A DNA stretch of 64,000 bases from an uncultured Acetobacteraceae bacterium (GCA_964247725.1 CAXTVM010000002.1:30876-94875); one strand, 5' to 3'; shown: positions 18,373 through 27,944, counted from the first letter of the stretch. The notes: a model not told the origin generated them from the sequence alone. Program-made: numbers and translations.

Positions 18373-19479
18373 ATGTTGCAGCAGCTGCCGTCCGCCTCCG
18401 GCCAGCCGCCGCCGACGCGCAGGGGCCGGAGCGTCTCCGGCAATCCGGGCAACCGGTTCGAGGCGCTGGCGACGCAACCCTACGACGACGGTTGGGACAG
18501 CATCGCGGCGGAGCAGCTGCTGCCGCCGCCGGTCGCCACCACGCTGACGCGGGACCACAGCCGCAGCGTCATCGCCCGCAACGACAGCCCCGACCTTGGC
18601 TTCGACCGCTCGATCAACCCGTATCGTGGCTGCGAGCACGGCTGCGTCTACTGCTATGCCCGCCCGAGCCACGCTTTCCTGGGCTATTCGCCCGGCCTCG
18701 ATTTCGAGACCAGGCTGACCTTCAAGCCGGACATCGCCGCCCTGCTCGACGCCGAGCTGCGCCGCCCGGGCTACCAGCCGCGGCCGATCGCGCTCGGCTC
18801 CAACACCGATCCGTATCAGCCGGTCGAGCGGACGCTGCGCCTGACCCGCCAGGTGCTGGAAGTGCTGGAGCGCTTCGGCCATCCGGTCAGCATCGTGACC
18901 AAGTCGGCCGGCGTGGTGCGCGACCTCGACATCCTGGAGCGGATGGCCGGGCGCGGGCTGGTGCGGGTTTGGCTGTCGGTCACCACGCTGGACGTGGAGC
19001 TGGCCCGGCGCATGGAGCCGCGCGCGGCGGTCCCGGAGCGCCGGCTGGCGAGCCTCGCACGCCTCGCGGCGGCCGGCATTCCGGCCGGCGTGCTGGCCGC
19101 GCCGATGATCCCGGGCCTCAACGACCACGAGCTTGAGCGCATCCTGGCTGCGGCGGCCGCGGCCGGTGCCGGGGGCGCCGCCTACACGCTGCTGCGGCTG
19201 CCGCTCGAGCTCCGGCAGATGTTCGAGACGTGGCTGCATCAGCATCATCCCCAGCGCGCTGCCCGCGTCCTCGCCTTGATACGCGAAACGCGTGAAGGAG
19301 AGCTTAATGACAGCCGCTTCGGCCAGCGTTTCAGGGGCCAGGGGCCCTATGCGGACATGCTGGCGCAGCGCTTCCAGCGTGCCGCCGCCCGACACGGGCT
19401 CGGCCATCCCGCCCCGCTGGAGATGCGGCATTTCGCGGTGCCGACATCGACGCGGCATGGGCAGATGGCGCTGTTCTGA
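18373..19479 (+). CDS. PA0069/Rv2578c-family radical SAM protein (spore photoproduct lyase-like)
   Basis: SINPYRGCEHGCVYCYARP (CxxxCxxC), GSNTDPYQPVE, IVTKS, MIPGLND, C-terminal QMALF. Confidence 0.92.
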   Translation: MLQQLPSASGQPPPTRRGRSVSGNPGNRFEALATQPYDDGWDSIAAEQLLPPPVATTLTRDHSRSVIARNDSPDLGFDRSINPYRGCEHGCVYCYARPSHAFLGYSPGLDFETRLTFKPDIAALLDAELRRPGYQPRPIALGSNTDPYQPVERTLRLTRQVLEVLERFGHPVSIVTKSAGVVRDLDILERMAGRGLVRVWLSVTTLDVELARRMEPRAAVPERRLASLARLAAAGIPAGVLAAPMIPGLNDHELERILAAAAAAGAGGAAYTLLRLPLELRQMFETWLHQHHPQRAARVLALIRETREGELNDSRFGQRFRGQGPYADMLAQRFQRAAARHGLGHPAPLEMRHFAVPTSTRHGQMALF

Positions 19480-19621
19480 AGGCCAGGGGCTCTGCCCCTG
19501 GACCCTGCCAAAGGCGGAGCCTTTGGAAACCGTTCTATAAGAGCCGGGTCCTAGGACTGTCACGCGAAGCGTGCTGCGCACGGCGGTCCTAGCAGGGTTC
19601 GGGGGCAGCGCCCCTGGCCTT
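19479..19621. repeat. Palindromic miniature repeat, copy C (extended inner hairpin)
   Basis: AAGGCCAGGGGCTCTGCCCCTGGACCCTGCCAAAGG...CCTTTGGAAACC...CTAGGAC/GTCCTAG...GGGGCAGCGCCCCTGGCCTT; shares the final A of the upstream TGA. Confidence 0.9.
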
Positions 19622-19637
19622 CTGCTACATCCTCCCC

Positions 19638-20984
19638 ATGGACCTCCGCGACCGTTCGATCCTGGGCACCTTTATCCATGCGCCGGTGATGGGCGAGGTT
19701 GCCGTGCTGCGCGAGGCGCTGGTGGGGATCGACGGTCGTGGCGTCATCGCCGCGGTGCACGCGCGGTCGGACCAGTCCTGGAAGGGCGCCGTGGAGGGTG
19801 CCCGGACGGCGGGACTGCTGGTGCGGCCGGACGGCATCCTGCTGCCGGGCTTCGTCGACCTGCACCTCCACGCCCCCCAATATCCGCAAACCGGCCGCGC
19901 GCTCGACCTGCCGCTGCAGGACTGGCTCCAGCATCACACCTTCCCCCTGGAAGCCCGCTATGCCGATCTCGGCCACGCGGTCCGGGTCTACGACGCGTTG
20001 GTCCGCGACCTGCTCGCCGGCGGCACCACCACCGCTGTCTATCACGGCACCATCCACGGCCCGGCGACGCGGCTGCTGGCCGAGATCTGCGTCGAGCGGC
20101 GGCAGCGGGCGCTGGTCGGACGGGTGGCGATGGACCATCCCGGGCTCTGTCCCGCCTGGTATCGCGACGCCGATACCGCCGCGGCCCTGGACGGCACCCG
20201 CGCCCTTTTGGCCGAGGTGCGCGCCCTGCCTGGCAATGACGGGCTGGTACAGCCGGTGGTGACGCCGCGCTTCGTGCCGGCCTGCACCGACGGGCTGCTG
20301 GAGGGGCTGGGCGAGCTGGCCCGGGACGAGGGCTGCGCGGTGCAGACGCACTGCTCGGAGAGCGATTGGGCGCACCGGCACGTGCTGGATCGGTTCGGCC
20401 GCAGCGACGCCGAGGTGCTGGACCGGTTCGGGCTGCTGACGCGGCGGACGGTGCTGGCGCACGGCAACTTCCTGTCGGACGCCGACATGGATCTGGTGGC
20501 ACGGCGCGGCGGCGGGGTCGCGCACTGCGCGCTCTCGAACGCATATTTCGCCGGCGCGGTGTTCCCGCTGCGTGCCGCGTTGGCGCGGGGCGTCCGGGTC
20601 GGGCTCGGCACCGACGTCGCCGGCGGTCCCACCGGCTCGATGTTCGAGGCGGTGCGCAGCGCGGTGGCGTCGTCGCGGATGCTGGAGAGCGGGGTCGATC
20701 CGGCGCTGCCGGCCGAGCGGCGCGGTCGTCCGGTCTCGCGGATCGGCATCGGCGAGGCGTTCCACCTGGCGACCGCCGGCGGCGCCGACGTGCTCGGGTT
20801 GCCGGTCGGGCGGTTCGCGCCGGGCCAGGCCTTCGACGCCATGCTGGTCGATCCGGCGGCACCGGGCGGGACCATCCGGCTGTGGGGCGGCGAGACCGAC
20901 GGCGACCTGCTGGCGACGCTGCTCTACGGCGCATCGCGGGCCAACATCGCCTCGGTCTGGACCGCGGGACGCGAGGCCGGGTGA
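19638..20984 (+). CDS. guaD: Guanine deaminase (amidohydrolase family)
   Basis: PGFVDLHLHAPQYP, VTPRFVPACT, QTHCSES, VLAHG, GLGTDVAGG. Confidence 0.88.
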   Translation: MDLRDRSILGTFIHAPVMGEVAVLREALVGIDGRGVIAAVHARSDQSWKGAVEGARTAGLLVRPDGILLPGFVDLHLHAPQYPQTGRALDLPLQDWLQHHTFPLEARYADLGHAVRVYDALVRDLLAGGTTTAVYHGTIHGPATRLLAEICVERRQRALVGRVAMDHPGLCPAWYRDADTAAALDGTRALLAEVRALPGNDGLVQPVVTPRFVPACTDGLLEGLGELARDEGCAVQTHCSESDWAHRHVLDRFGRSDAEVLDRFGLLTRRTVLAHGNFLSDADMDLVARRGGGVAHCALSNAYFAGAVFPLRAALARGVRVGLGTDVAGGPTGSMFEAVRSAVASSRMLESGVDPALPAERRGRPVSRIGIGEAFHLATAGGADVLGLPVGRFAPGQAFDAMLVDPAAPGGTIRLWGGETDGDLLATLLYGASRANIASVWTAGREAG

Positions 20985-22363
20985 GGGGGCGGCTGAGGCA
21001 GGACGAGGTTGAGCAGGATCGCCGAGCCGGCGCCGACCGCGGTCGAGGAGCCGAGCAGCTCGCGGGCCAGCAGCGGCCAGGTGGCGAGCAGCCCGGGCGG
21101 CAGCAGCACGGCGCCGAGCCCGAGCAGGATCGGCAGGCCGGCCACCATGATGCCGCGCTCGTCGAGGCCGGCCTGGCCCGGACCCGACCGGGCCAGGATG
21201 CCCAGGCCGCTCATCAGGATCACCACGCACAGCACGCCGAACAGCCCGCCGATCACCGGCGCCGGCACGCAGGCGATGCAGGCGGCGAGCTTGCCGCACA
21301 GCCCGAAGCCGACCAGGAACAGGGCGGCGGCCAGGAATACGCGCCGGCTGGCGACGCCGGTCAGCGCGATCAGCCCACCGTTGGCGGAATAGCCGGTGAC
21401 CGGCACGCTGCAGAGCAGCGCCGACAGCAGGCAGCCGAGCCCCTCGCCCAACGCGCCGCGGTCGGCGTCGCGGCGCGCGAACGCGTGGCCGGTCACGGCG
21501 GAGATCACCAGCCAGGTGCCGGTGGTCTCGGCCAGCACCACGGCATAGACCAGCAGCATGGTCAGAACGGCGGGAGCCGAGAGGTGCAGCGTGATGTCGA
21601 GGCCGGCGAGCGGGGGGCGCTGTAACCAGTGCGCGCGGGCGACGGGCGACAGGTCGAGCCGGCCCATCGGGACTGCCAGCAGGCTGCCGCCGGCCAGCGC
21701 CGCCAGCACCGAGCCTGAGCGCAGCGCCCGGCCCCAGCGCCGTGCGGCACCACCGGTGCCGCGGCCGAGCGCGGTGCCGGTCAGGCTGGCCACGACCAGG
21801 ATGGCCGCCGACGCCAGAGCCAGCACCAGGTTGCCGTCCAGCCGTGCCGGCGGCCCGGACAGCACGTCGCCTTGGAGTCCCACCGGGATCAGCGTGATGC
21901 CGACCACCACGATGATGGCGCCGCCCACCAGCGGCGGCACCAGGCGCTCGATCAGGCGGTGGAACAGACGCAGTGGCCATCCCAGCGCCGCCAGCAGCAC
22001 CGCGCCCGGGATCAGCGCGCCGAACACGGTGCCGAGCCCGGCGGTGCCGCCGCCGCTGTCGGCGGCGATGGCGACCACCGCGCCGATCGGCACGTAGGAC
22101 GGGCCCTGCATCACCGGCATGCGCAGGCAGAGCTGCGACTGCAGCAGGCTGGCGAGGCCGGCGGCGACGAAGCCGGCGGCGATCAGGGTAGCGAGCTCGC
22201 CGGCGGACAGGCCGAGCGCTGCGCCGATCAGGAACGGCACCACGTAGACGTCCATCGACAGCGCGTGCTGCAGGCCCAGCAGGACGGCAGACGGCCACGG
22301 CAGCGTCCGGTCGGGCGGGGACGGCGACAGGGTCAGACCGCGCCGGCGGCGGCCGGCACGCAA
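20924..22363 (-). CDS. NCS2 xanthine/uracil permease family protein
   Basis: LGLQH, RMPVMQGPSY, PPLVGG, signature-like SANGGLIALTGVASR, PAPVIGG; TTG start with GGAGG 7 nt upstream. Confidence 0.88.
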   Translation of the reverse strand: MRAGRRRRGLTLSPSPPDRTLPWPSAVLLGLQHALSMDVYVVPFLIGAALGLSAGELATLIAAGFVAAGLASLLQSQLCLRMPVMQGPSYVPIGAVVAIAADSGGGTAGLGTVFGALIPGAVLLAALGWPLRLFHRLIERLVPPLVGGAIIVVVGITLIPVGLQGDVLSGPPARLDGNLVLALASAAILVVASLTGTALGRGTGGAARRWGRALRSGSVLAALAGGSLLAVPMGRLDLSPVARAHWLQRPPLAGLDITLHLSAPAVLTMLLVYAVVLAETTGTWLVISAVTGHAFARRDADRGALGEGLGCLLSALLCSVPVTGYSANGGLIALTGVASRRVFLAAALFLVGFGLCGKLAACIACVPAPVIGGLFGVLCVVILMSGLGILARSGPGQAGLDERGIMVAGLPILLGLGAVLLPPGLLATWPLLARELLGSSTAVGAGSAILLNLVLPQPPPHPASRPAVQTEAMLARDAP

Positions 22364-23334
22364 ACGGCATCCTCCTCGGCCGCAACGGCCAGGGCGCAGG
22401 AGCCATCCTCGCTGACCTCCACCTGGAAGGTGGCGTGGCCGATGCCGTAGCGGTGCGCCAGCGTCGCCGCCGCCTGCCGCAGCAGGTCGTCGTCCGGCGG
22501 CAGGCCGGGGCGCACCAGGTGGGCGGTGAGGGCCGTCTCGGTAGTGCTCATGCCCCAGATGTGCAGGTGGTGCAGGTCGACGACGCCGGGCAGCGTGCGC
22601 AGGAAATCCTCCACCGCCGCGTGGTCGATGCCCGCCGGCACCGCGTCCAGCGCCAGCGCCGCCGACTGCCGTAGCAGCGACCAGCTGCCGGCGACGATCA
22701 CCGCCGCCACCGCCAGGCTCAGCACGGGGTCGATGCGCGACCAGCCGGTCAGCACGATCAGCAAGCCGCCCGCCACCACGACGGCGGCGGTGGCGGCATC
22801 CCCCGCCATGTGCAGGACGATGGCGCGGATGTTGAGGTCGTGGCGGCGGCCGGACATGAACAGCAGTGCCGTGACGCCGTTCACGGCGATACCCGCGGCC
22901 GCCACCACCATCACCAGCCGCCCGGCGACCGCCCCCGGGTACAGCAGGCGCCGGATCGCCTCGGAGGCGATTCCGCCAGTGACGACCAGCAGCAGGGTGG
23001 CGTTGAACAGGGCGGACAGGATCGAGGCGCGCCGCAGCCCATAGGTGAAGCGCGCGGTCGGTCGCCGGCGGCCGAGCGAGGTGGCGAGCCAGGCGGCCGC
23101 CATGGCGAGCACGTCGCCGGCATTGTGGCCGGCATCCGCCAGCAGCGCCACCGAGCCGGCGATCACGCCGTATGCCGCCTCGGCGCCGACATAGGCGAGG
23201 TTCAGCGCCATGCCGATCGCGAATGCGGCGCCGAAGCGGGCCGGCACGTGCGCATGGCCGTGATGGTGGGCATGGTCTGAAATAGGTGGCCTCCGTAGGT
23301 CGGGCTGGGGTCGCCGCACCGGGCGCGCTTGCAC
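22333..23334 (-). CDS. Cation diffusion facilitator (CzcD/ZitB-like) metal efflux pump; start uncertain (GTG 23334 or ATT 23283)
   Basis: His-rich N-terminus, LLADAGHN, RFTYGLRR, HDLNIRAIVLHMAGDA, HHLHIW, HATFQVE. Confidence 0.92.
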   Translation of the reverse strand: MQARPVRRPQPDLRRPPISDHAHHHGHAHVPARFGAAFAIGMALNLAYVGAEAAYGVIAGSVALLADAGHNAGDVLAMAAAWLATSLGRRRPTARFTYGLRRASILSALFNATLLLVVTGGIASEAIRRLLYPGAVAGRLVMVVAAAGIAVNGVTALLFMSGRRHDLNIRAIVLHMAGDAATAAVVVAGGLLIVLTGWSRIDPVLSLAVAAVIVAGSWSLLRQSAALALDAVPAGIDHAAVEDFLRTLPGVVDLHHLHIWGMSTTETALTAHLVRPGLPPDDDLLRQAAATLAHRYGIGHATFQVEVSEDGSCALAVAAEEDAVCVPAAAGAV

Positions 23335-23406
23335 GGCCCCGATGCTAGGCCGATATCGGCGGTCCCGTCATCGGCCGCATCCCCCTCCTGGCCCTGGGCT
23401 CCCCCC

Positions 23407-25044
23407 ATGCTGCGTCTCGCTGAACTCAAGCTGCCGCTCGACCACCCGCCGGACGCGCTGCCCGCGGCGGCGGCGGCGCGCCTCGGCGTCGCGGCGGCCG
23501 ACATCCTGTCGCACGCGGTGTTCCGGCGCGGCTACGACGCCCGCCGCCGCGACGGGATCAGCCTGGTCTACAGCCTGGACGTCGCCGTGCGCGACGAGGC
23601 GGTGGTGCTGGCGCGCCTCTGCGGCCACGACCAGGTGCAGCCGACCCCGGACATGGGCTATCGCGCCGTGCTGGCCGACGGCGCCGCACGCGCATCGCGG
23701 CCGGGCTATCGCCGCCCGGTGGTGATCGGCGCCGGGCCGTGTGGTCTGCTGGCCGGGCTGATCCTGGCGCAGATGGGGCTGCGGCCGCTGATCCTGGAAC
23801 GCGGCCGCGCGGTCCGCGCGCGCACCGTCGACACCTTCGCGCTGTGGCGCCGCTCCGAGCTTGAGCCCGAGAGCAACGTGCAGTTCGGCGAGGGCGGCGC
23901 CGGCACCTTTTCCGACGGCAAGCTCTACAGCCAGGCCAGCGACCGTCAGCATTACGGCCGCAAGGTGCTGCACGAGTTCGTCCGCGCCGGCGCGCCGGAG
24001 GAGATCCTGGTGGTCTCCAAGCCGCATGTCGGCACCTTCCGGCTGGTGACGATGGTCGAGAGCATCCGCGCGCAGATCGAGGTGCTGGGCGGCGAATACC
24101 GCTTCGGCAGCCGCGTGACGAGGTTCGAGATAGGGCTCGGCCGGGACGGCGGCCGCCGCATCGAAGGTGTCGCGCTGGCCGACGGCAGCGCGGTCGAGGC
24201 GCGCCACGTGGTGCTGGCGATCGGCCACAGCGCCCGCGACACCTTCGAGGCGCTGCTAGCGGCCGGCGTGTCGATGCACGCCAAGCCGCTGTCGATCGGG
24301 GTCCGCATCGAGCACCCGCAATCGCTGATCGACCGCGCCCGCTTCGGCGAGCATGCCGGCCATGCGCTGCTGGGGGCGGCCGACTACAAGCTGGTGCACC
24401 ACGCCAGCAACGGCCGCGGCGTCTACAGCTTCTGCATGTGCCCGGGCGGCACCGTGGTGGCCGCCACCTCGGAACCGGGGCGGGTGGTGACCAACGGCAT
24501 GAGTCAGTACTCGCGCAACGAGCGCAACGCCAACGCCGGCATCGTGGTTGGGCTGACGCCGGCCGACTTCGCGCCGTTCGGCGACGGGCCGCTGGCTGGC
24601 GTCGCGTTCCAGCGCCATTGGGAATCCCGCGCCTTCGAGGCCGGCGGCGGGCACTACCGGGCGCCGGCGCAGCGGGTCGGCGACCTGCTGGCAGGGCGCG
24701 CCTCGACGATGCTAGGCGACGTGGTGCCCTCCTACACCCCGGGCGTGACGCCGACCGACCTCGCGCACTGCCTGCCGGACTACGCGATCCCGGCGATCCG
24801 CGAGGCGCTGCCGCGGTTCGGCCGGCAGATCCGCGGCTTCGACATGGCGGATGCGGTGATGACCGGCGTCGAGACCCGCACCTCGTCGCCGGTGCGCATC
24901 ACCCGCGGCGCCGACCTGCAGAGCCTGAACACGCGCGGGCTGTACCCGGCCGGCGAGGGCTGCGGCTACGCCGGCGGCATCATGACCGCCGGCATCGACG
25001 GCATCCGCGTGGCGGAAGCGCTGGCGCTCGACCTTGCGGGTTGA
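23407..25044 (+). CDS. FAD/NAD(P)-dependent oxidoreductase (uncharacterised COG2509-like)
   Basis: VIGAGPCG, QFGEGGAGTFSDGKL, AIGHSARDT, FCMCPGG, GVETRTSSP, YPAGEGCGYAGGI. Confidence 0.88.
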   Translation: MLRLAELKLPLDHPPDALPAAAAARLGVAAADILSHAVFRRGYDARRRDGISLVYSLDVAVRDEAVVLARLCGHDQVQPTPDMGYRAVLADGAARASRPGYRRPVVIGAGPCGLLAGLILAQMGLRPLILERGRAVRARTVDTFALWRRSELEPESNVQFGEGGAGTFSDGKLYSQASDRQHYGRKVLHEFVRAGAPEEILVVSKPHVGTFRLVTMVESIRAQIEVLGGEYRFGSRVTRFEIGLGRDGGRRIEGVALADGSAVEARHVVLAIGHSARDTFEALLAAGVSMHAKPLSIGVRIEHPQSLIDRARFGEHAGHALLGAADYKLVHHASNGRGVYSFCMCPGGTVVAATSEPGRVVTNGMSQYSRNERNANAGIVVGLTPADFAPFGDGPLAGVAFQRHWESRAFEAGGGHYRAPAQRVGDLLAGRASTMLGDVVPSYTPGVTPTDLAHCLPDYAIPAIREALPRFGRQIRGFDMADAVMTGVETRTSSPVRITRGADLQSLNTRGLYPAGEGCGYAGGIMTAGIDGIRVAEALALDLAG

Positions 25045-25175
25045 TGGGTCAAGGATCGGACTTGTCTGGTCGACGGGAAATGGAAGACGATTGACGTCTT
25101 CCGAAAACTGGCCGGCCTTGTGACTTCTTTCCTTCTGCGAGTTGCTGATTGGTCCGAATTCGTTCCAGTATCGGG

Positions 25176-25579
25176 ATGATGGCCTTCGTGCTTGGCGCCA
25201 CCGGTTCGATGGCCCGACCGGCTCCGCCCATGGCCGGAACCTGCGACGGTACGTATCGATGCTCTCAAGGCTCGACCGTCCTGCATCTCGTCGTCGACAC
25301 GGCGCCGGACGGCGCCCTCACCGCGGTGTTCGATTTCTCGAGCCTGCCTTTCGGACGCGTTGTGCCTTCGGGCAGCTTTCGAATGCAGGGCACCTTCGAC
25401 TCGTCGACCGACAGGGTCGTATTGAACCGGATGCTTGGTTGCTGCAGCCGCCCGGCTTCGTCATGGTTGGCCTCAACGGAGTTCTGCAGTGTTCGAACAC
25501 GCAGTTGCGGGGTCGCTTGAGATGGAACCTGACCGGTATCGTCCGGGACGCCCCGGTTCCAGCAGATCTGTTGCGGTAA
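25176..25579 (+). pseudogene. Frameshifted small putative exported protein
   Basis: Hydrophobic N-terminus and GTYRCSQGST...GSFRMQGTFD...RVVL in one frame continues as EPDAWLLQPPGFVMVGLNG in another; junction at 25422-25424. Confidence 0.45.
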
Positions 25580-27044
25580 GAGATTGACTGGTTGAGGCCG
25601 ATGTCGGCTGGATCTTCGCCGCGCGATCAAACATCGTCGCCTGCACGGCCTGGATCGCCCGCTCGACTGCCGGCCTCCGATAGTTCCAGATCGGATCGAG
25701 TGGCGGCGGGGCGATGATCATCGCGCCACTGGCCTCGAACAGCAGCAATCGGCCGTTGGCGGCCGGCGCGAAGTCGACGCCGGCATAGTCCAGCTCCAGC
25801 GCCGCCGCAATCGTGCCGAGGGCCGACATCGCGGTCACCGCCAAGATCCCGGGCATTAGCCAGGAACCGCGCCTCCTCCGCCTGGTGTGCTGCATCCGTC
25901 ATGCCGGCCATGTAGTGGTGGACCTTCCAGTCGATGGAGATCGCCAAGTGCAGCGGCAGGATCTCACCCTTGATCAGCATCACGCGATACTTGCGGAACA
26001 GGCCGTCCGCACCTGCGGCGTCGAGGGCCTCGATCGCCAGCAGCCGTTCGCCCGGCAGCGCAGCCAGGGCCGCCGGCAGGTCAGCCGCGCGGTCGATCCG
26101 CACGAAGTGCTGCCCGGTATGGTGCCCCGGGCTGCGCAGCGGGAACGGCGGCACGAAGCCCTCGGGCACCCCGGCCGAGATAGCCGCGCGTGGCAGCGAT
26201 ACGGTGCGCGGCGCCACTACCCCGGGCACGCCGGCCAGCCGGCGCATGACCTCGAGATGCGTCGTCCGCGCGACCCGCGACGGCGGGTTAAGCACCGGCT
26301 GGCCGGTGCCGAACAGCAGCCGCTTGGCGGCGGCCAGCGCCTCGGCGCAGCGATCGGCGTGGCCGATGGCGTTGAACACCAGGTCATGCGGCGGCAGCGG
26401 CGGGGCTGGATCCGCGTACTTGGCGACCAGGGTGTGGGTGAGGAACAGCCGGTCGTCGAGCGGGGGGCGCGTCGGCAGGTTGCCGCCGTGGGCCGAGACC
26501 AGCTGCAGAACCACCACCGGCGCCGCCCCGCGATAGGGGCGGTGCTGAGCGGCCAGCTGGCGAAGCCCAGCGCGCGGTGATGCGCTGCACCCGCCTGGTC
26601 GATCCCGTCCAACAGCGCGGCCATGCCCTGATGCGCGCCCGCATGGGACGGATCGAGTGCCAGCGCCGCGTCGTAATGCCGCCGAGCCATCGCCGGCTGG
26701 TCGGCGCGGTGCAGCAGCCGGGCCAGGCGCACGTGCGCCGCCGGATCCTCGGGATGCGCCTCCACGGCCTGACCGAACACGGTCAGCGCGACGCTGGTGT
26801 GGCCGGCCGCGGCGAGCAGGTGCCCGAGATTGGCCAGCGCCCCAGCATGGCGGAAGTCGCGCGCCAGCATGTCGAGATAGGCCTGTCGCGCCGGATCGCC
26901 GAGGCCGAGCCGGTCGAGCAGGCAGCCTCGGTCGAACAGCAGGTCGACCTCGTCGGGCGCCGTGACCAGCGCCCGCTCGACCCGTTCCAGCGCCTGCTCG
27001 GCGGCGCGATGGGTCGGCGATGCCGCCGGCCGATCAAGGGTCAC
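25473..27044 (-). pseudogene. TPR + ATP-grasp(RimK)-like protein split by two frameshifts
   Basis: TPR helices (26217-27044 ORF), DLVFNAIGHAD...FPLRSPGHHTG...RKYRV (25627-26517 ORF) and LDYAGVDF...LLLFEA (25473-25895 ORF) form one colinear protein; the last ORF probably reads past its natural end near 25620. Confidence 0.75.
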
Positions 27045-27081
27045 GGATGAAGGCCATCAAATGAGGTCGTTCCGAGCAGGC

Positions 27082-27155
27082 AAGGCCAGGGCGCTGCCCT
27101 GGACCCATTGGGGCCGCGGGCCCCAGTGGGGTCCAAGGGTAAAACCCCTGGCCTT
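27082..27155. repeat. Palindromic miniature repeat, copy D (short form)
   Basis: AAGGCCAGGGCGCTGCCCTGGACCC-TTGGGGCC/GGCCCCAG-GGGGTCCAAGGGTAAAACCCCTGGCCTT; lacks the CCAAAGG module. Confidence 0.8.
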
Positions 27156-27171
27156 CTTGCAGACTAGACGA

Positions 27172-27900
27172 TCAGACGCAGAGACCGACCACGGCGGCGG
27201 CGGCGATGCGGGGATCGGGCAGCGAGGCGGCCGTCTCGCCCGGCATTGCCTGCGCGCGTAGCCGGGTCGCGGTCGGGCCCGGATCAAACAGCGAGATCCG
27301 CAGCGTCTCGTGCGCGCGCATCTCCTCCTGCCACGTGTGTACCAGCGCCTCCATGCCGGCTTTCGAGGCGGCCATCAGGCTCCAGAAGGCACGCGGAGTG
27401 GCGGCGACGGCGTCGGTCAGGAACACCGCGCGACCGGACGGGGCGACGGTCAGCAGTGGCGCCAGGGTGCGGATCAGCCGCCAGGCGGCCGTCAAGTTGA
27501 CGGCGATCGCCGCGTCCCAGTCTCGCACTTGGATGTGCGGCACCGGCGTCAGCGCGCCCAGTTCGGCGGCGGCATGGACCAGCACGTCGAGACGGCCGAA
27601 GCGCTGCGCCAAAGTAGGACCGAGCAGGTCGATCGCGCCGCCGTCGGCCAGGTCGAGCGGCAGCAGGGTAGCGCTGCCGCCCGCGGCGCGGATCAGGTCG
27701 TCGGTGTGGTCGAGGCCGCCCTGGGTGCGTGCCAGCAACACGCAGTGCAGACCGGCTGCGGTTAGGGCGGTGGCGGTCGCCTGACCGATACCGCGGCCGG
27801 CGCCGGTGATCAGCGCGACGCGGGAAGGCCAGGGACGCCATCCCCGGACCCCGCTAGGACCGGCGGCCCTAGGACCTGATTCCGTCAGTGTGGTTTCCAA
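27172..27900 (-). CDS. Short-chain dehydrogenase/reductase (YciK-like) downstream of purF; 5' end lies in a repeat element
   Basis: VALITGAGRGIG, DVLVHAAA, SKAGMEALV, LFDPGPTATRLRAQAMPGE. Confidence 0.85.
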   Translation of the reverse strand: METTLTESGPRAAGPSGVRGWRPWPSRVALITGAGRGIGQATATALTAAGLHCVLLARTQGGLDHTDDLIRAAGGSATLLPLDLADGGAIDLLGPTLAQRFGRLDVLVHAAAELGALTPVPHIQVRDWDAAIAVNLTAAWRLIRTLAPLLTVAPSGRAVFLTDAVAATPRAFWSLMAASKAGMEALVHTWQEEMRAHETLRISLFDPGPTATRLRAQAMPGETAASLPDPRIAAAAVVGLCV

Positions 27901-27944
27901 AGGCTCGGCCTTTGACGGGGTCCAGGGGCAGAGCCCTTGGCCTT
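27825..27944. repeat. Palindromic miniature repeat, copy E
   Basis: AAGGCCAGGGACGCCATCCCCGGACCCC...GGTTTCCAAAGG...GGGGTCCAGGGGCAGAGCCCTTGGCCTT; overlaps the purF TAA. Confidence 0.9.

Noticed and set aside
22334-22336. CTG start for the NCS2 permease
   Set aside because: An in-frame TTG at 22363 with GGAGG 7 nt upstream is a simpler explanation.
19560-22406. Very long ORFs (948 aa here; also 45757-49410, 39241-41337, 4611-5945)
   Set aside because: Antisense or alternate-frame shadows of well-supported genes; Arg/Pro/Ala/Gly-rich with no motifs, as expected at high GC.
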